A stretch of 64,000 bases of DNA from positions 96,001-160,000 of IMG/VR virus record IMGVR_UViG_3300044695_006747. One strand, 5' to 3'. A program made the translations under genes and the position numbers. This DNA is from a virus. This document shows, in pieces, positions 19,517-29,378 of the stretch. Every line of letters begins with the position of its first letter. The first letter of the stretch is position 1. The notes under the pieces were generated by a model. The model did no database searches, had not been told where the DNA came from, and was given only the letters and a program-made list of their open reading frames with translations.

Positions 19517-20056
19517 TTAAACTAGGTCTGAAACGTTGGGATTTGACCAAAACTTGCAACTCCAATATCGAGCCTTCCATTTTGGACCGGCATTATCGCA
19601 ATTGTGTCTTGCTCGAAAATTTTTACGCCTATCTGGATCGTCTCTTTTGATTTCCATATTTGGATCACCAAAATTAACTTTTACCACATTTCCTTTTTCA
19701 TTTTTAACATAAACACTAAACTTTTTAGGACCGCTTGGAGTTCTAAATGGTTTATTTAACTTAACTTTTTTATTTGATTTTTCTGCTGATATGACTTTAT
19801 CATCTTCATCGTATATTTCAGCGCATTCGGACTCCCATACAAATTCATTCCATTCGTCATCCCATTCACAATTACTAGCTAATAGATTATCACAAACATC
19901 TTCTAATAACGATGACTTGCTTTTTTTAGTTTGTCCTAAGCAAATAGCAATTCTCTGTTGAACATTGGGATAATCCTTTTTCATTGTTTCGTTGCCCATG
20001 CAGCGACCAACAAATTTTTGTTTATCCTCATTCGGTTTTGGTGATGGTATTGGCAT
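19517..20056 (-). CDS. Two-module hypothetical phage protein
   Basis: PSPKPNEDKQKFVGRCM module; KVKLNKP...KVNFGDP...RARHNC...YWSC module. Confidence 0.7.
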   Translation of the reverse strand: MPIPSPKPNEDKQKFVGRCMGNETMKKDYPNVQQRIAICLGQTKKSKSSLLEDVCDNLLASNCEWDDEWNEFVWESECAEIYDEDDKVISAEKSNKKVKLNKPFRTPSGPKKFSVYVKNEKGNVVKVNFGDPNMEIKRDDPDRRKNFRARHNCDNAGPKWKARYWSCKFWSNPNVSDLV

Positions 20057-20074
20057 ATAGTATCTCCTGTTATA

Positions 20075-21166
20075 CTATGATATACACTGAATTAATTGTT
20101 TGGCCGCATGTTGCCAAGAATATTTTTGACCAGTTTTTACTCCATTTATATTAGTTCTAATATTATTTTTATATACATATCTCATATATTCTATTGTTTG
20201 ATCTATTTGTGTCTGGCCAATTTTAGCCCAATTACCGTTACCCAAGAACCATTTTCCATCAAACGCCGTTTCTGTATCAGTAATATCAATTAAAAATGCG
20301 TTATCTTTATCGCAAAATTCTGTATGTGCAGAGTAGTTTGTGGTGATAACCGGTTTATTCATTGACATGACTTCTAATAATTCTAGATTCCATCCTTCTG
20401 CTCGTGAAACAAATAGTCCGCAATCTGCTCGTGATATTAAATTAGCAACATCATTTTGAGTTTTAACCCTAGGAATAATTCTTATTTTTGATGCTAATGG
20501 TCCAGACGAATAAAAACTATGCCATTCGTCCATTTCTTTTTGAGAAAAACACGTTGGATCCGACGAGCCCATTAACCACAATTCGACATTATCATTGACA
20601 GAAAATGCTGAATTAAATAAATTCAATAAAATATCATATCCTTTTCTTACTTCCCATTTTCCTATCATGATAAAAACATAGGGGTCGTCGTCCTTTTTTG
20701 CGTTTTTATCTGATAATGTGTGATCAAAAATAGTACTATCTATACCTAAATGTACAATATTAATATTTTGAGTCATCCCATTATCTATTAATACATTTTT
20801 AGCCCATTGTGATGATACGATAAGTTCATCTGGAACTTTTAAATGTTTCTTCTCTAGATCATTAAACCTGTCTAACTCAAAAAATGGAAAACCAAAATAC
20901 TTACCAGTACCTACTCTTAGTTCCAAATCAAATTGATGCCATATCTTTACGCATGGGGATTTTGGGTCATACTCATTATTTATAATACTACCAAGCAACT
21001 CATCATCTTCTTGAGTATCTAGAGGAGGAATATATCCTGGTTGCACAGTAATCGGATGAACGTGAATATCGCAGCCGAGATGTTTAGCGTTTTTAGCTAA
21101 GTTCCATCCCACAACTCCATATCCCGTATAGCCCATAGGGCTCATTAAAATCATTTTATTGTTCAT
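20075..21166 (-). CDS. Glycosyltransferase, GT4-like (GT-B)
   Basis: GKWEVRKG, SRAEGWNLELLE, PVITT. Confidence 0.85.
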   Translation of the reverse strand: MNNKMILMSPMGYTGYGVVGWNLAKNAKHLGCDIHVHPITVQPGYIPPLDTQEDDELLGSIINNEYDPKSPCVKIWHQFDLELRVGTGKYFGFPFFELDRFNDLEKKHLKVPDELIVSSQWAKNVLIDNGMTQNINIVHLGIDSTIFDHTLSDKNAKKDDDPYVFIMIGKWEVRKGYDILLNLFNSAFSVNDNVELWLMGSSDPTCFSQKEMDEWHSFYSSGPLASKIRIIPRVKTQNDVANLISRADCGLFVSRAEGWNLELLEVMSMNKPVITTNYSAHTEFCDKDNAFLIDITDTETAFDGKWFLGNGNWAKIGQTQIDQTIEYMRYVYKNNIRTNINGVKTGQKYSWQHAAKQLIQCIS

Positions 21167-22266
21167 TTTTCATATACTCTGTTGTGTGTGTTATTTACTT
21201 GAATGAATGTTGTTTTTTTGCCAAAGTCTTTAATTTTTGTAGCTCCAATATATGTACATGCGCTTCTTAATCCTCCATAAATATCTTGAAGAATTTCGAC
21301 AGCTTTACCTTTATACGGAACGGTGACACATTTTCCTTCTGCTGTTCTGTATGTCGCCACCCCATCATGATGCTTGTCCATAGCATTTTTGCTACTCATG
21401 CCATAGTATTGTAATGATACTTTGCGTTTTTCAACATCAGGAGATTTTGGATCGAAAGGTTGCCATCCTCCGCTTCTCATTTTCCATTCATATTTCCATT
21501 CTCCTTCACATTCATCAGCACCAGCAAACATACTGCCAAGCATTACAAAATCACTATTACCACCAAAAGCTTTGCAAATATCTCCAACTACTTTGCACCC
21601 ACCATCAGAACAAATATGACCACCAAGACCATGAGCAGCGTCAGCACATTCCATTATGGCGCTCAGTTGTGGGTATCCTACGCCAGTTTTTAAACGAGTG
21701 GTACAAACACTACCCGACCCTATACCAACCTTGACTATATCAACTTTTCCATGAATGATTAGTTCTTCTGTCATCTCTGGAGTAACCACATTTCCGGCCA
21801 TTAAAATAATTTCAGGAAATAATTTACGAATATGAGCAGCAGTTTTTACAAATTGTTCTGTATATCCATTTGCAACATCAAGACAAATATTTGGAAAATA
21901 CCCATTACTACTTTTTATAGTGTTAAAAACTCTCTCCAGTTTTTCTATATCTTTTTTAGATGTTCCAGTAGAATACCATATGAGTTCTGTTGGTTCAATA
22001 AATAAATTTACTAAAACATCTTCATCATAATGTTTATGTAAACAGGTAATTGAGCCAAGAGGAGATAATGATCTACCCATAGAAGATGTTCCAACCGTGT
22101 CCATATTGGCAACCATGATAGGAACACAACTAAGTTCTCTAGGACTGTGAGCAAATCTAAAACTTCGTGCTAAATCAACTTCTGATCTACTTTTTAGTGT
22201 TGATCTTTTTGGACGAATAAGAACATCATCAAAATCTAGTTTAGTTTCATTAATTATTTTTTGCAT
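21163..22266 (-). CDS. guaC: GMP reductase
   Basis: [45 protein letters not shown]. Confidence 0.93.
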   Translation of the reverse strand: MQKIINETKLDFDDVLIRPKRSTLKSRSEVDLARSFRFAHSPRELSCVPIMVANMDTVGTSSMGRSLSPLGSITCLHKHYDEDVLVNLFIEPTELIWYSTGTSKKDIEKLERVFNTIKSSNGYFPNICLDVANGYTEQFVKTAAHIRKLFPEIILMAGNVVTPEMTEELIIHGKVDIVKVGIGSGSVCTTRLKTGVGYPQLSAIMECADAAHGLGGHICSDGGCKVVGDICKAFGGNSDFVMLGSMFAGADECEGEWKYEWKMRSGGWQPFDPKSPDVEKRKVSLQYYGMSSKNAMDKHHDGVATYRTAEGKCVTVPYKGKAVEILQDIYGGLRSACTYIGATKIKDFGKKTTFIQVNNTHNRVYEK

Positions 22267-22267
22267 A

Positions 22268-23173
22268 TTATTTTCTTAATAAGTTATAGTTTTTTATAAA
22301 ATATTCTATTGTAGAATTTAATCCATCCTCTATTGAGGTAAAATTGAAATCTGGAAATAATTTATTTATTGTTGTATCATGACTTGATCTAATCATCATA
22401 CCTTCTGGTTTGGATTTGTCAAAAACAATATTACCATGAAAACCCATAATTTTTGCTATATTAGTAACGATTTCTTCTATAGAATAACAAATGCCTGTGG
22501 ATATGATTATTTGTTCCGGAATTTCATTATCGAGCATTATTTTTAAAAGATCAGCAACGTCCTGAGCAAAAACAAATTCTCTTTGTGCTTTTCCAGAACC
22601 CCACACCTCCAGATTTGTATTATTTAATTTTGCTAAATAGGTTTTATGAATTAATCCCGGTATCACATGGCTATCATTTAGATTATAATTATCATTTAAT
22701 CCATACATATTGCTTGGAATAATGCACGATGTCTTTATGTTGAATTGTGTTTTTAAGCATTTCGATCCTATACTTAGTATCCTTTTTCCGTGAGCATATC
22801 CATAATTGGATGGGTGTGGTTCTCCTTGTAGAAGATATTCATTTATTAGTGGATTATTTGCATCTTTGGGAAAGATACATCCAGATAGCATAAATATAGA
22901 ATTATTGAGACTATATTTTTGACATGCTTTTAAAATATTAAGATTAATTTGTAAATTATCTATTAAAAAATCATATGGGTACTGCGAATTAGCACTTACC
23001 CCACCCACTTTTGCTGCTAAATGCACAAGTTTTGATACGTTATTATTTTCTATAAAATGACATAGTTGATCAAAATTATAAAGATCGAGTTGAGATCTTG
23101 TTGGTTTTATTCCAAAATCTATACAATGACCCAACAATCCATTTCCACCAGTAACAAGTATATTACTGCTCAT
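22268..23173 (-). CDS. GDP-L-fucose/GDP-L-colitose synthase (Fcl/ColC-type SDR)
   Basis: GGNGLLG, HLAAKVGGV, CIFPK, YAHGK, SHVIPGLIHK, WGSGKAQREF. Confidence 0.85.
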   Translation of the reverse strand: MSSNILVTGGNGLLGHCIDFGIKPTRSQLDLYNFDQLCHFIENNNVSKLVHLAAKVGGVSANSQYPYDFLIDNLQINLNILKACQKYSLNNSIFMLSGCIFPKDANNPLINEYLLQGEPHPSNYGYAHGKRILSIGSKCLKTQFNIKTSCIIPSNMYGLNDNYNLNDSHVIPGLIHKTYLAKLNNTNLEVWGSGKAQREFVFAQDVADLLKIMLDNEIPEQIIISTGICYSIEEIVTNIAKIMGFHGNIVFDKSKPEGMMIRSSHDTTINKLFPDFNFTSIEDGLNSTIEYFIKNYNLLRK

Positions 23174-24024
23174 ACAAACTCCAGATTTTCATTCATTAGT
23201 CCCCAAAAATTATCATTAGCATTAAAAAATTGTGGCATTATTCCATATGGATTCATTATTGATCTATAGTCTTTTCCAGCATCATGATGATCTAGATGAA
23301 AAAATATTATTTGATTGTCCTCAAGATCTCCTCCAAATTTATATTTTTGTGATAATCTAATATGTAATTCTATATCCTGCCATCCCCAGTATGGCAGTTC
23401 TTCCCACCAACAGGTGCTATCCTGACCTATTTTTCTAGACATTAAAAGAGACATGGCTCTACCGTCAAAATTTGTAATATTAATTTTATCATGACGAAAT
23501 GATGATAAATTACTATTAGAAATAAATTGATCTGTATCTAAAAAAGATTGAGCATCGTTATAAGATGGTCTGGGTAGGTGGTATCTTGATCCCCAAAAAA
23601 ATGTATCGTGATTATTTTGTATAGATAAATTTTGAGTAAAATCTACTAGCCTAGCAAAATTTTCGTAGGTTATGAAACAATCAGAGTCCCAAAAAATAAC
23701 ATATTCACCAGAACTTCTTTGAAATGAAACATTATAGGCATGGGCTATAGAATAGTCTGACTGTTTGCTATATTTTTTTCCAATATTCTGTGGAACATAA
23801 ACACATTTAAAATTTGTATGTCTATTTTCTAGAATAGAATCAACTATTTTAGTATCGCTACCCCAGTCACATAATATAACTTCAATTTTAGGATTATTTA
23901 ATCTGTGTAAATTATCGCAAAGTTTATTTAGACTTATTTTTAATCTTTGATCAACTCCACCTCGCCCATTAACATCACATCCATACTTATCATTTTTGCC
24001 TTGTAATAAAATAGATAATAACAT
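23170..24024 (-). CDS. GT-A fold glycosyltransferase
   Basis: ILCDWGS, FWDSDCF (DxD), WGWQD. Confidence 0.7.
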   Translation of the reverse strand: MLLSILLQGKNDKYGCDVNGRGGVDQRLKISLNKLCDNLHRLNNPKIEVILCDWGSDTKIVDSILENRHTNFKCVYVPQNIGKKYSKQSDYSIAHAYNVSFQRSSGEYVIFWDSDCFITYENFARLVDFTQNLSIQNNHDTFFWGSRYHLPRPSYNDAQSFLDTDQFISNSNLSSFRHDKINITNFDGRAMSLLMSRKIGQDSTCWWEELPYWGWQDIELHIRLSQKYKFGGDLEDNQIIFFHLDHHDAGKDYRSIMNPYGIMPQFFNANDNFWGLMNENLEFV

Positions 24025-24025
24025 A

Positions 24026-25051
24026 TCATTGTGTCCTTAAAAATTCATACCATTTTAATGTTGATAAAATACCATTTTCTGTATTTATAAAATTTTTAGT
24101 GCCAAACTCTTTTTCATATTTCTCTATACTAATACTAACTTTATTTGGGTTTCCAACCATAGTATTATTTTTATCTCCATACGAGATTGTACTATTTGTA
24201 TGTTTGGCGATAGTTTCTGCTATTTCTTTTATAGACGTTTGTTTTTTGCCCGTAAGATTATATACAGTCGAGGATCCTTTGCAGATAATATCTAAAATCA
24301 TTTGAACCATATCGCTAATATAGCATAGTGTTCTGGTTGCGGATCCATCGTCGATAAGATTTATTTGATTTGATTCTAGAGCTTTGTTAATTAGATCATT
24401 AATTACTCTAGAATCATTTAATTTGCATCCAGGTCCATAGGTTGTGCTGATTCTTCCTATTTTTATATTTGCTAAATTGGACATACTTAAGCATATTGTT
24501 TCGCCACATCTTTTTGATTCTATATAGCATGATCTAGGGTGGTCTGTTGATGTTGTACCTATGTCTTGTTCCGATATTGCTTCTTTATTCAATCCGCTAT
24601 ATATCTCGCTGCTACTGCAATAAAAGAACGTGCCACCTTTATTTAGAAGTCTAAAAAGATTCATTGTGACAGAAGTATTAAGTTTTATAGTTGATAATTT
24701 ATTATCTAAAAACTTATTGGGTTGAGCATATCCAGCTGAGTGAATAATAATGTCCGCCCCATTCAGATTTTCTGCAAAATAATTTTCTATAAAATTTATT
24801 AGAGGATCCTCTGTTAAATCTCCAACTATTGTTGTAGAACTTTCAAAAAGATATTTAAGATAATCCGGAACACTGCTATTTATGCAACATATAGTGTTGA
24901 TAGCGTATGTTTTTTTAAGTTGATTTAATAGTGCTAACAAATTAAGTCCAATTAGACCAGAAGCTCCTGTTATGAGTATGGTTTTATTATTGAGGAATTG
25001 ATATTTTGTAATATCTATATTTTCGTAGGATTCTGATATTAATTTATGCAT
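24026..25051 (-). CDS. NAD-dependent epimerase/dehydratase, UDP-glucuronate decarboxylase-like
   Basis: ITGASGLIG, SSSEIY, PRSCYIESKR. Confidence 0.85.
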   Translation of the reverse strand: MHKLISESYENIDITKYQFLNNKTILITGASGLIGLNLLALLNQLKKTYAINTICCINSSVPDYLKYLFESSTTIVGDLTEDPLINFIENYFAENLNGADIIIHSAGYAQPNKFLDNKLSTIKLNTSVTMNLFRLLNKGGTFFYCSSSEIYSGLNKEAISEQDIGTTSTDHPRSCYIESKRCGETICLSMSNLANIKIGRISTTYGPGCKLNDSRVINDLINKALESNQINLIDDGSATRTLCYISDMVQMILDIICKGSSTVYNLTGKKQTSIKEIAETIAKHTNSTISYGDKNNTMVGNPNKVSISIEKYEKEFGTKNFINTENGILSTLKWYEFLRTQ

Positions 25052-25956
25052 TCTATGATCTTTTTTTGTATTCCTGATATATCTAAATTAAGTTCTTTGT
25101 CGTGTTGTTCTTTAGATCCATAATTATACAAAAACTTTCTTGGTATACCTATATTAGTTATATTATATAATCTATTATCTAGAGTATTTGTGACAATATA
25201 GTTTGTGGTTCCTTTATAGAAAGGTTCACATATAATAATTTTTGAATTGAAGTGTTCAAGTAAAACTTTTTCATCAAATGGCCATATTGTATTATAATAC
25301 AGTAGTGTTACATCTAAATTTTGTGTTGCTTCAAAAACTTGTTGTAGCATAGGTCCGTAGCATATAATTGTAGCTTTTGATCCTGTTTTAACTATATTAG
25401 CTTTTCCATATTCGATATCAAAATCTAAAGAGTGTTCGGTTTCGCTAAGTCTAAAATATTTTGGATTATTATTTGTATATGTTGCTATCAATAATTTGTC
25501 TAATTCTTTAGAATTCCCTGGAATCATGATGCTCATATCTTCGATTGTTAACATCAAAGATATATCTCCTGGACAATGATGAGTACAACCAAGTCCAGCA
25601 TAATCATATGATGATCCAACACTAATAAAATTTCCATTTAATTTTTGATAGCCAAAATCTATTTTTATTTGTTCAAAAGCTCTTTCTACAAGAAATGGAG
25701 CAATTGTATGTACGAAAGGAATAAGTTTATTTTTAGATAAACCAGCAGCTAAACTTACTGTGCTTTGTTCTAGTATTCCTATATTATATACCCTGTCTTG
25801 TAATACTGTAAGTTCTTCATTAAAAGCAAAAACACCTATATCTCCTAGAAGTAAGACAGTATCTTGGTCTCTATAAAGAATATTTTTTAATGTTTTAGCA
25901 AATTGTTTTCTCATATTTTTTTTACAAAAATAGCATCTCCGTGAAAATCTTGCCAT
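25039..25956 (-). CDS. Transketolase-like protein, C-terminal subunit
   Basis: NIGILEQSTVSLAAG, GCTHH, YFRL. Confidence 0.88.
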   Translation of the reverse strand: MARFSRRCYFCKKNMRKQFAKTLKNILYRDQDTVLLLGDIGVFAFNEELTVLQDRVYNIGILEQSTVSLAAGLSKNKLIPFVHTIAPFLVERAFEQIKIDFGYQKLNGNFISVGSSYDYAGLGCTHHCPGDISLMLTIEDMSIMIPGNSKELDKLLIATYTNNNPKYFRLSETEHSLDFDIEYGKANIVKTGSKATIICYGPMLQQVFEATQNLDVTLLYYNTIWPFDEKVLLEHFNSKIIICEPFYKGTTNYIVTNTLDNRLYNITNIGIPRKFLYNYGSKEQHDKELNLDISGIQKKIIECIN

Positions 25957-26603
25957 AAATTTATTTTTTCTACAAGTTCAAAATTATAACTTGTCAATAG
26001 ATCAATAATATCTTGTAGTTTTTTTTGTCCAATATATAATTCTTTAGTTGACCATTCTGTCATTATTGCCTTAACGTTGTCTAAAATATTTTTTGCTCCA
26101 TCTAATATTTCCCATTCTGATCCTTGAGTATCTATTAAGAGTATATCTGGCTGGACTTTGTTATGAGTACAATATTGGTACAATGTTGTTACATCTACAT
26201 CTATTTCTTTTTCTAGGATTGTTTGACTTAACATTGAACTATGATCACTAGAATTATATCTTAGAGATTGAATAGTTTTATGCCATAGACTTCTTTGTGA
26301 CTGATCAGAAATATTTGGATCAAAACATTTTATAAATTTTGTTGTTCCTATATGATTTGATAAAGCAATATTATTGCATATTATTTTTTCATTTTTATAT
26401 AATACATTTAATTTTGAAAAACATTCTGGATCTGGTTCAAACGCATGTACTTCACAGTTATTACCAAAAAGTTCTTTTATCTCATCTATATCAACACCGT
26501 CATAGGCTCCAATTTCAAATATTATATTACAGTTGTCAAAAATGTATGATTTTATTTTTGCCATATTTGATGAGCATATCGGTTTTTCGTGTTTATTGTT
26601 CAT
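25911..26603 (-). CDS. FkbM-family methyltransferase
   Basis: FEIGAYDG, AFEPDP, IDTQGSE. Confidence 0.85.
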   Translation of the reverse strand: MNNKHEKPICSSNMAKIKSYIFDNCNIIFEIGAYDGVDIDEIKELFGNNCEVHAFEPDPECFSKLNVLYKNEKIICNNIALSNHIGTTKFIKCFDPNISDQSQRSLWHKTIQSLRYNSSDHSSMLSQTILEKEIDVDVTTLYQYCTHNKVQPDILLIDTQGSEWEILDGAKNILDNVKAIMTEWSTKELYIGQKKLQDIIDLLTSYNFELVEKINLWQDFHGDAIFVKKI

Positions 26604-26606
26604 GAT

Positions 26607-27341
26607 TTATAATCTTTCTATTGTAAAAAGTAATTCTTTATCTTTTGGTATTTTATGATGCCACTCAGGATTATTTTCCATTATTGGAATACCATAGCCT
26701 TTGATTGTATTGCATATGGCAATATTTGGTTTTGGATTATTCTTATTATTACAAATAAAAAGCTGTAATTGATTATGATCATGACCATTTATATTGGAGG
26801 TATTCCAGTTAAAAGAAACAAATTTGTCCTCTATATTATCTAATTTAACGGCCCTATCACCAGAACGATTGTAGTCCAGAAAACAGTATAAGTTATCTAG
26901 GTTATGATGAGATGCCAATAATGCGGATTCCCATATTGTTCCTTCATTACACTCTCCGTCTCCAATAACAACATATATTTTACCTTCTTCTTTTTTAATT
27001 TTTTTTGCTAGAGCCATGCCAACAGCAATTGGAAATCCATGTCCTAAAGAACCAGTTGATGCTTCTATAACAGAAATATTAGAACAAGGATGACCTCCAA
27101 AGTGGGAGTCAAATGAACAAAAGTTATTCAATAAAACTGGATCTATTTTTTTGAAATGTTCTAATATAACATATAATCCAAGGGCGGCGTGTCCTTTCGA
27201 TAATATAAATCTATCTTTTGGCTGTATAATAGAATAGATATTATATAGTATATCTAAAATAGATAAAGAACTAGGAATGTGTCCTTCTTTATTAATTTGA
27301 GCTAGTTCTAATATTCTATTGATAAGAAATTTTTTATTCAT
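26607..27341 (-). CDS. Transketolase-like protein, N-terminal (ThDP-binding) subunit
   Basis: GHIPSSLS, LSKGH, TGSLGHG, GDGECNEG, PEWHH. Confidence 0.9.
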   Translation of the reverse strand: MNKKFLINRILELAQINKEGHIPSSLSILDILYNIYSIIQPKDRFILSKGHAALGLYVILEHFKKIDPVLLNNFCSFDSHFGGHPCSNISVIEASTGSLGHGFPIAVGMALAKKIKKEEGKIYVVIGDGECNEGTIWESALLASHHNLDNLYCFLDYNRSGDRAVKLDNIEDKFVSFNWNTSNINGHDHNQLQLFICNNKNNPKPNIAICNTIKGYGIPIMENNPEWHHKIPKDKELLFTIERL

Positions 27342-28492
27342 TATAGGCTATCATTAACTATATTACAAATTTTATTAATATCGTTCTCAGATAAAGAAGG
27401 ATGATTTGGGAGATACATACCATATTTGTGAACTAAATCTCCAAAGGCATATTGTTTTTGTCCATATAATTTGGTATAGAATGGTTGTTTCGAAATACTA
27501 CCGCATACAAGAGGACGACATTCAATATTATTTGCTATCAAATTTTTAACCATATCGTTTCTATTTGGATGTATAATAGGATAAGCAAAATTACTTACAA
27601 AATTTTGAGATTTAATTTGCCAAAAATTATTTACTATCATACTGTCATACTGTAAAAAATTTTGATATCTTTTTTTATTTCTACTATCAATAGTTTTTAA
27701 TTGTTGTATCCCCAAAAAAGACTGTATTTCTGTTGCTCTAACATTAAAGCCAGGATAATAGAATGTATATAAACTATCGAAACTATCAATATTATGTTTA
27801 TTTCTTAAGAGTTGAGCAGTTTCATCCGATAAGTCTCTATCCCATCCATGTGATCTAATGGATAGTAATATTTCATATAGCTCAAAATCATCTGTGGATA
27901 TAATTCCACCTTCAATCGTAGAAAAATGGTGTCCAAAATATGTCGAAAAAGTTGACATTAATCCAAAGCATCCAGTCTTAGTGTCATTGTACAATGATCC
28001 AACACTCTCACAAGAGTCTTCAAGCAAAATAACATCATATTTATTACATAATTGTTGTATTTCATCAAAACTATTTGGAAATCCAAGAATATTAGCAACC
28101 ATTAAACACGAAGGTTTTTCTTGCTCTAGTAATCTTTCAAGATGATTTGTATCAATTCCTAAATTATTTTTGTCACTATCACATAGTAATATTTCAAAAT
28201 CAAACTGTATTGCTGGACTTATAGTTGTTGACCAGCCCAAACAAGGTAGCACAATTTTTTTATTTTTAAGCCTACCAGATAATTTAAGAGCATATAACAT
28301 TAATAAATTAGCTGATGATCCTGAGTTTACAAACACAGAGTATTTTCTACCTAACCACTCTGACCATTTATTTTCGAATTGTTTTGTTAATTTATCTTTT
28401 GTTAATCTGGGATATGTAGACAACCAAGCGCATAGATTATCTATGTCTTTGTTTGTTATTGTATCATAAGCTAGTTTAATTGGTATTGACAT
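27341..28492 (-). CDS. colD: ColD-type GDP-4-keto-6-deoxymannose 3-dehydratase (DegT fold)
   Basis: NSGSSANLL, EDSCES, STYFGHHFSTIEGG with His at the usual Schiff-base Lys position, RSHGW, ECRPLVCG. Confidence 0.8.
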   Translation of the reverse strand: MSIPIKLAYDTITNKDIDNLCAWLSTYPRLTKDKLTKQFENKWSEWLGRKYSVFVNSGSSANLLMLYALKLSGRLKNKKIVLPCLGWSTTISPAIQFDFEILLCDSDKNNLGIDTNHLERLLEQEKPSCLMVANILGFPNSFDEIQQLCNKYDVILLEDSCESVGSLYNDTKTGCFGLMSTFSTYFGHHFSTIEGGIISTDDFELYEILLSIRSHGWDRDLSDETAQLLRNKHNIDSFDSLYTFYYPGFNVRATEIQSFLGIQQLKTIDSRNKKRYQNFLQYDSMIVNNFWQIKSQNFVSNFAYPIIHPNRNDMVKNLIANNIECRPLVCGSISKQPFYTKLYGQKQYAFGDLVHKYGMYLPNHPSLSENDINKICNIVNDSL

Positions 28493-28495
28493 ATT

Positions 28496-29368
28496 TTATC
28501 TCAATGGTAATAGACTTGTTTTATGTTCTGCTAACAATGATCCATATTTTACAGTGCTGGCTATATTTTCATTTCCTATAAAATCTAATAAAATATTAGC
28601 TATTATTTCTTCTGGAGGCCCGAACAGATTATTATCAAATTCTTTTATCATTCTTATGATAGCATTCGAATATTTGTTCATTATATGAGACCCACCGTAT
28701 GCAATTTTATCATTATGAAGTTCTGGTATATATATTTTATTATTGTCCAACATATCCAATTTAATAACTCTTCTGCATTCTTCGATATCAAAGCGCATAT
28801 CTGGCCTCAATCTAAATACCCAGTCATATTTTTTATTATTTTTATATTCGCTCTGTAATTTAAGTAAATTTGCTTTATATATCAAATAAAACATCTTACA
28901 CGATCCTATAACTCCGTTGTGTATTCCTCTTCCATCCCAATTATATTTACATTTTGTTAAAATATTCCATTGAAGAGGAGAAAACTCAGATGCATAAAAA
29001 GCATAATCGTTAACTTCTATTTCTTTAGCTTCAAAATTTTGTATAATATCTTCGACATTAATATCTATATTGTGACTACCTGGTTCTGATAATCCGTGAG
29101 CACTAGACCAGCAATTTGCACTATTTTGTTTATTCCATGTGGCAATAAAAACATCAATATCTCCATATTGACTTATCAAATTTTTAAATTCTAAATAATT
29201 TTTGTGTAAACGTTTATAGTCTCTAATATGGCCAGATATACAGAAGGCTATAGATAGCTTATCGTCTGTTTTATATTTTATGTCTAGATGTTCAGATATA
29301 ATATTTTCAGCTTCAATTAGTTGTTTATAGCGTTTTCTAAAAAATATTTTTTGAATAGTTTTCCACAT
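28496..29368 (-). CDS. Putative glycosyltransferase-like protein
   Basis: IAFCISGHIR and YDWVFRLRPD motifs; in glycan island. Confidence 0.6.
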   Translation of the reverse strand: MWKTIQKIFFRKRYKQLIEAENIISEHLDIKYKTDDKLSIAFCISGHIRDYKRLHKNYLEFKNLISQYGDIDVFIATWNKQNSANCWSSAHGLSEPGSHNIDINVEDIIQNFEAKEIEVNDYAFYASEFSPLQWNILTKCKYNWDGRGIHNGVIGSCKMFYLIYKANLLKLQSEYKNNKKYDWVFRLRPDMRFDIEECRRVIKLDMLDNNKIYIPELHNDKIAYGGSHIMNKYSNAIIRMIKEFDNNLFGPPEEIIANILLDFIGNENIASTVKYGSLLAEHKTSLLPLR

Positions 29369-29378
29369 AATTATAATA

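Noticed and set aside
24026-27341. Transketolase as a pentose-phosphate auxiliary gene
   Set aside because: Split short subunits inside an NDP-sugar operon fit glycan biosynthesis better
25039-27341. Frameshifted or pseudogenised transketolase
   Set aside because: The N and C halves are separate intact ORFs with an FkbM gene between them, a known two-subunit arrangement
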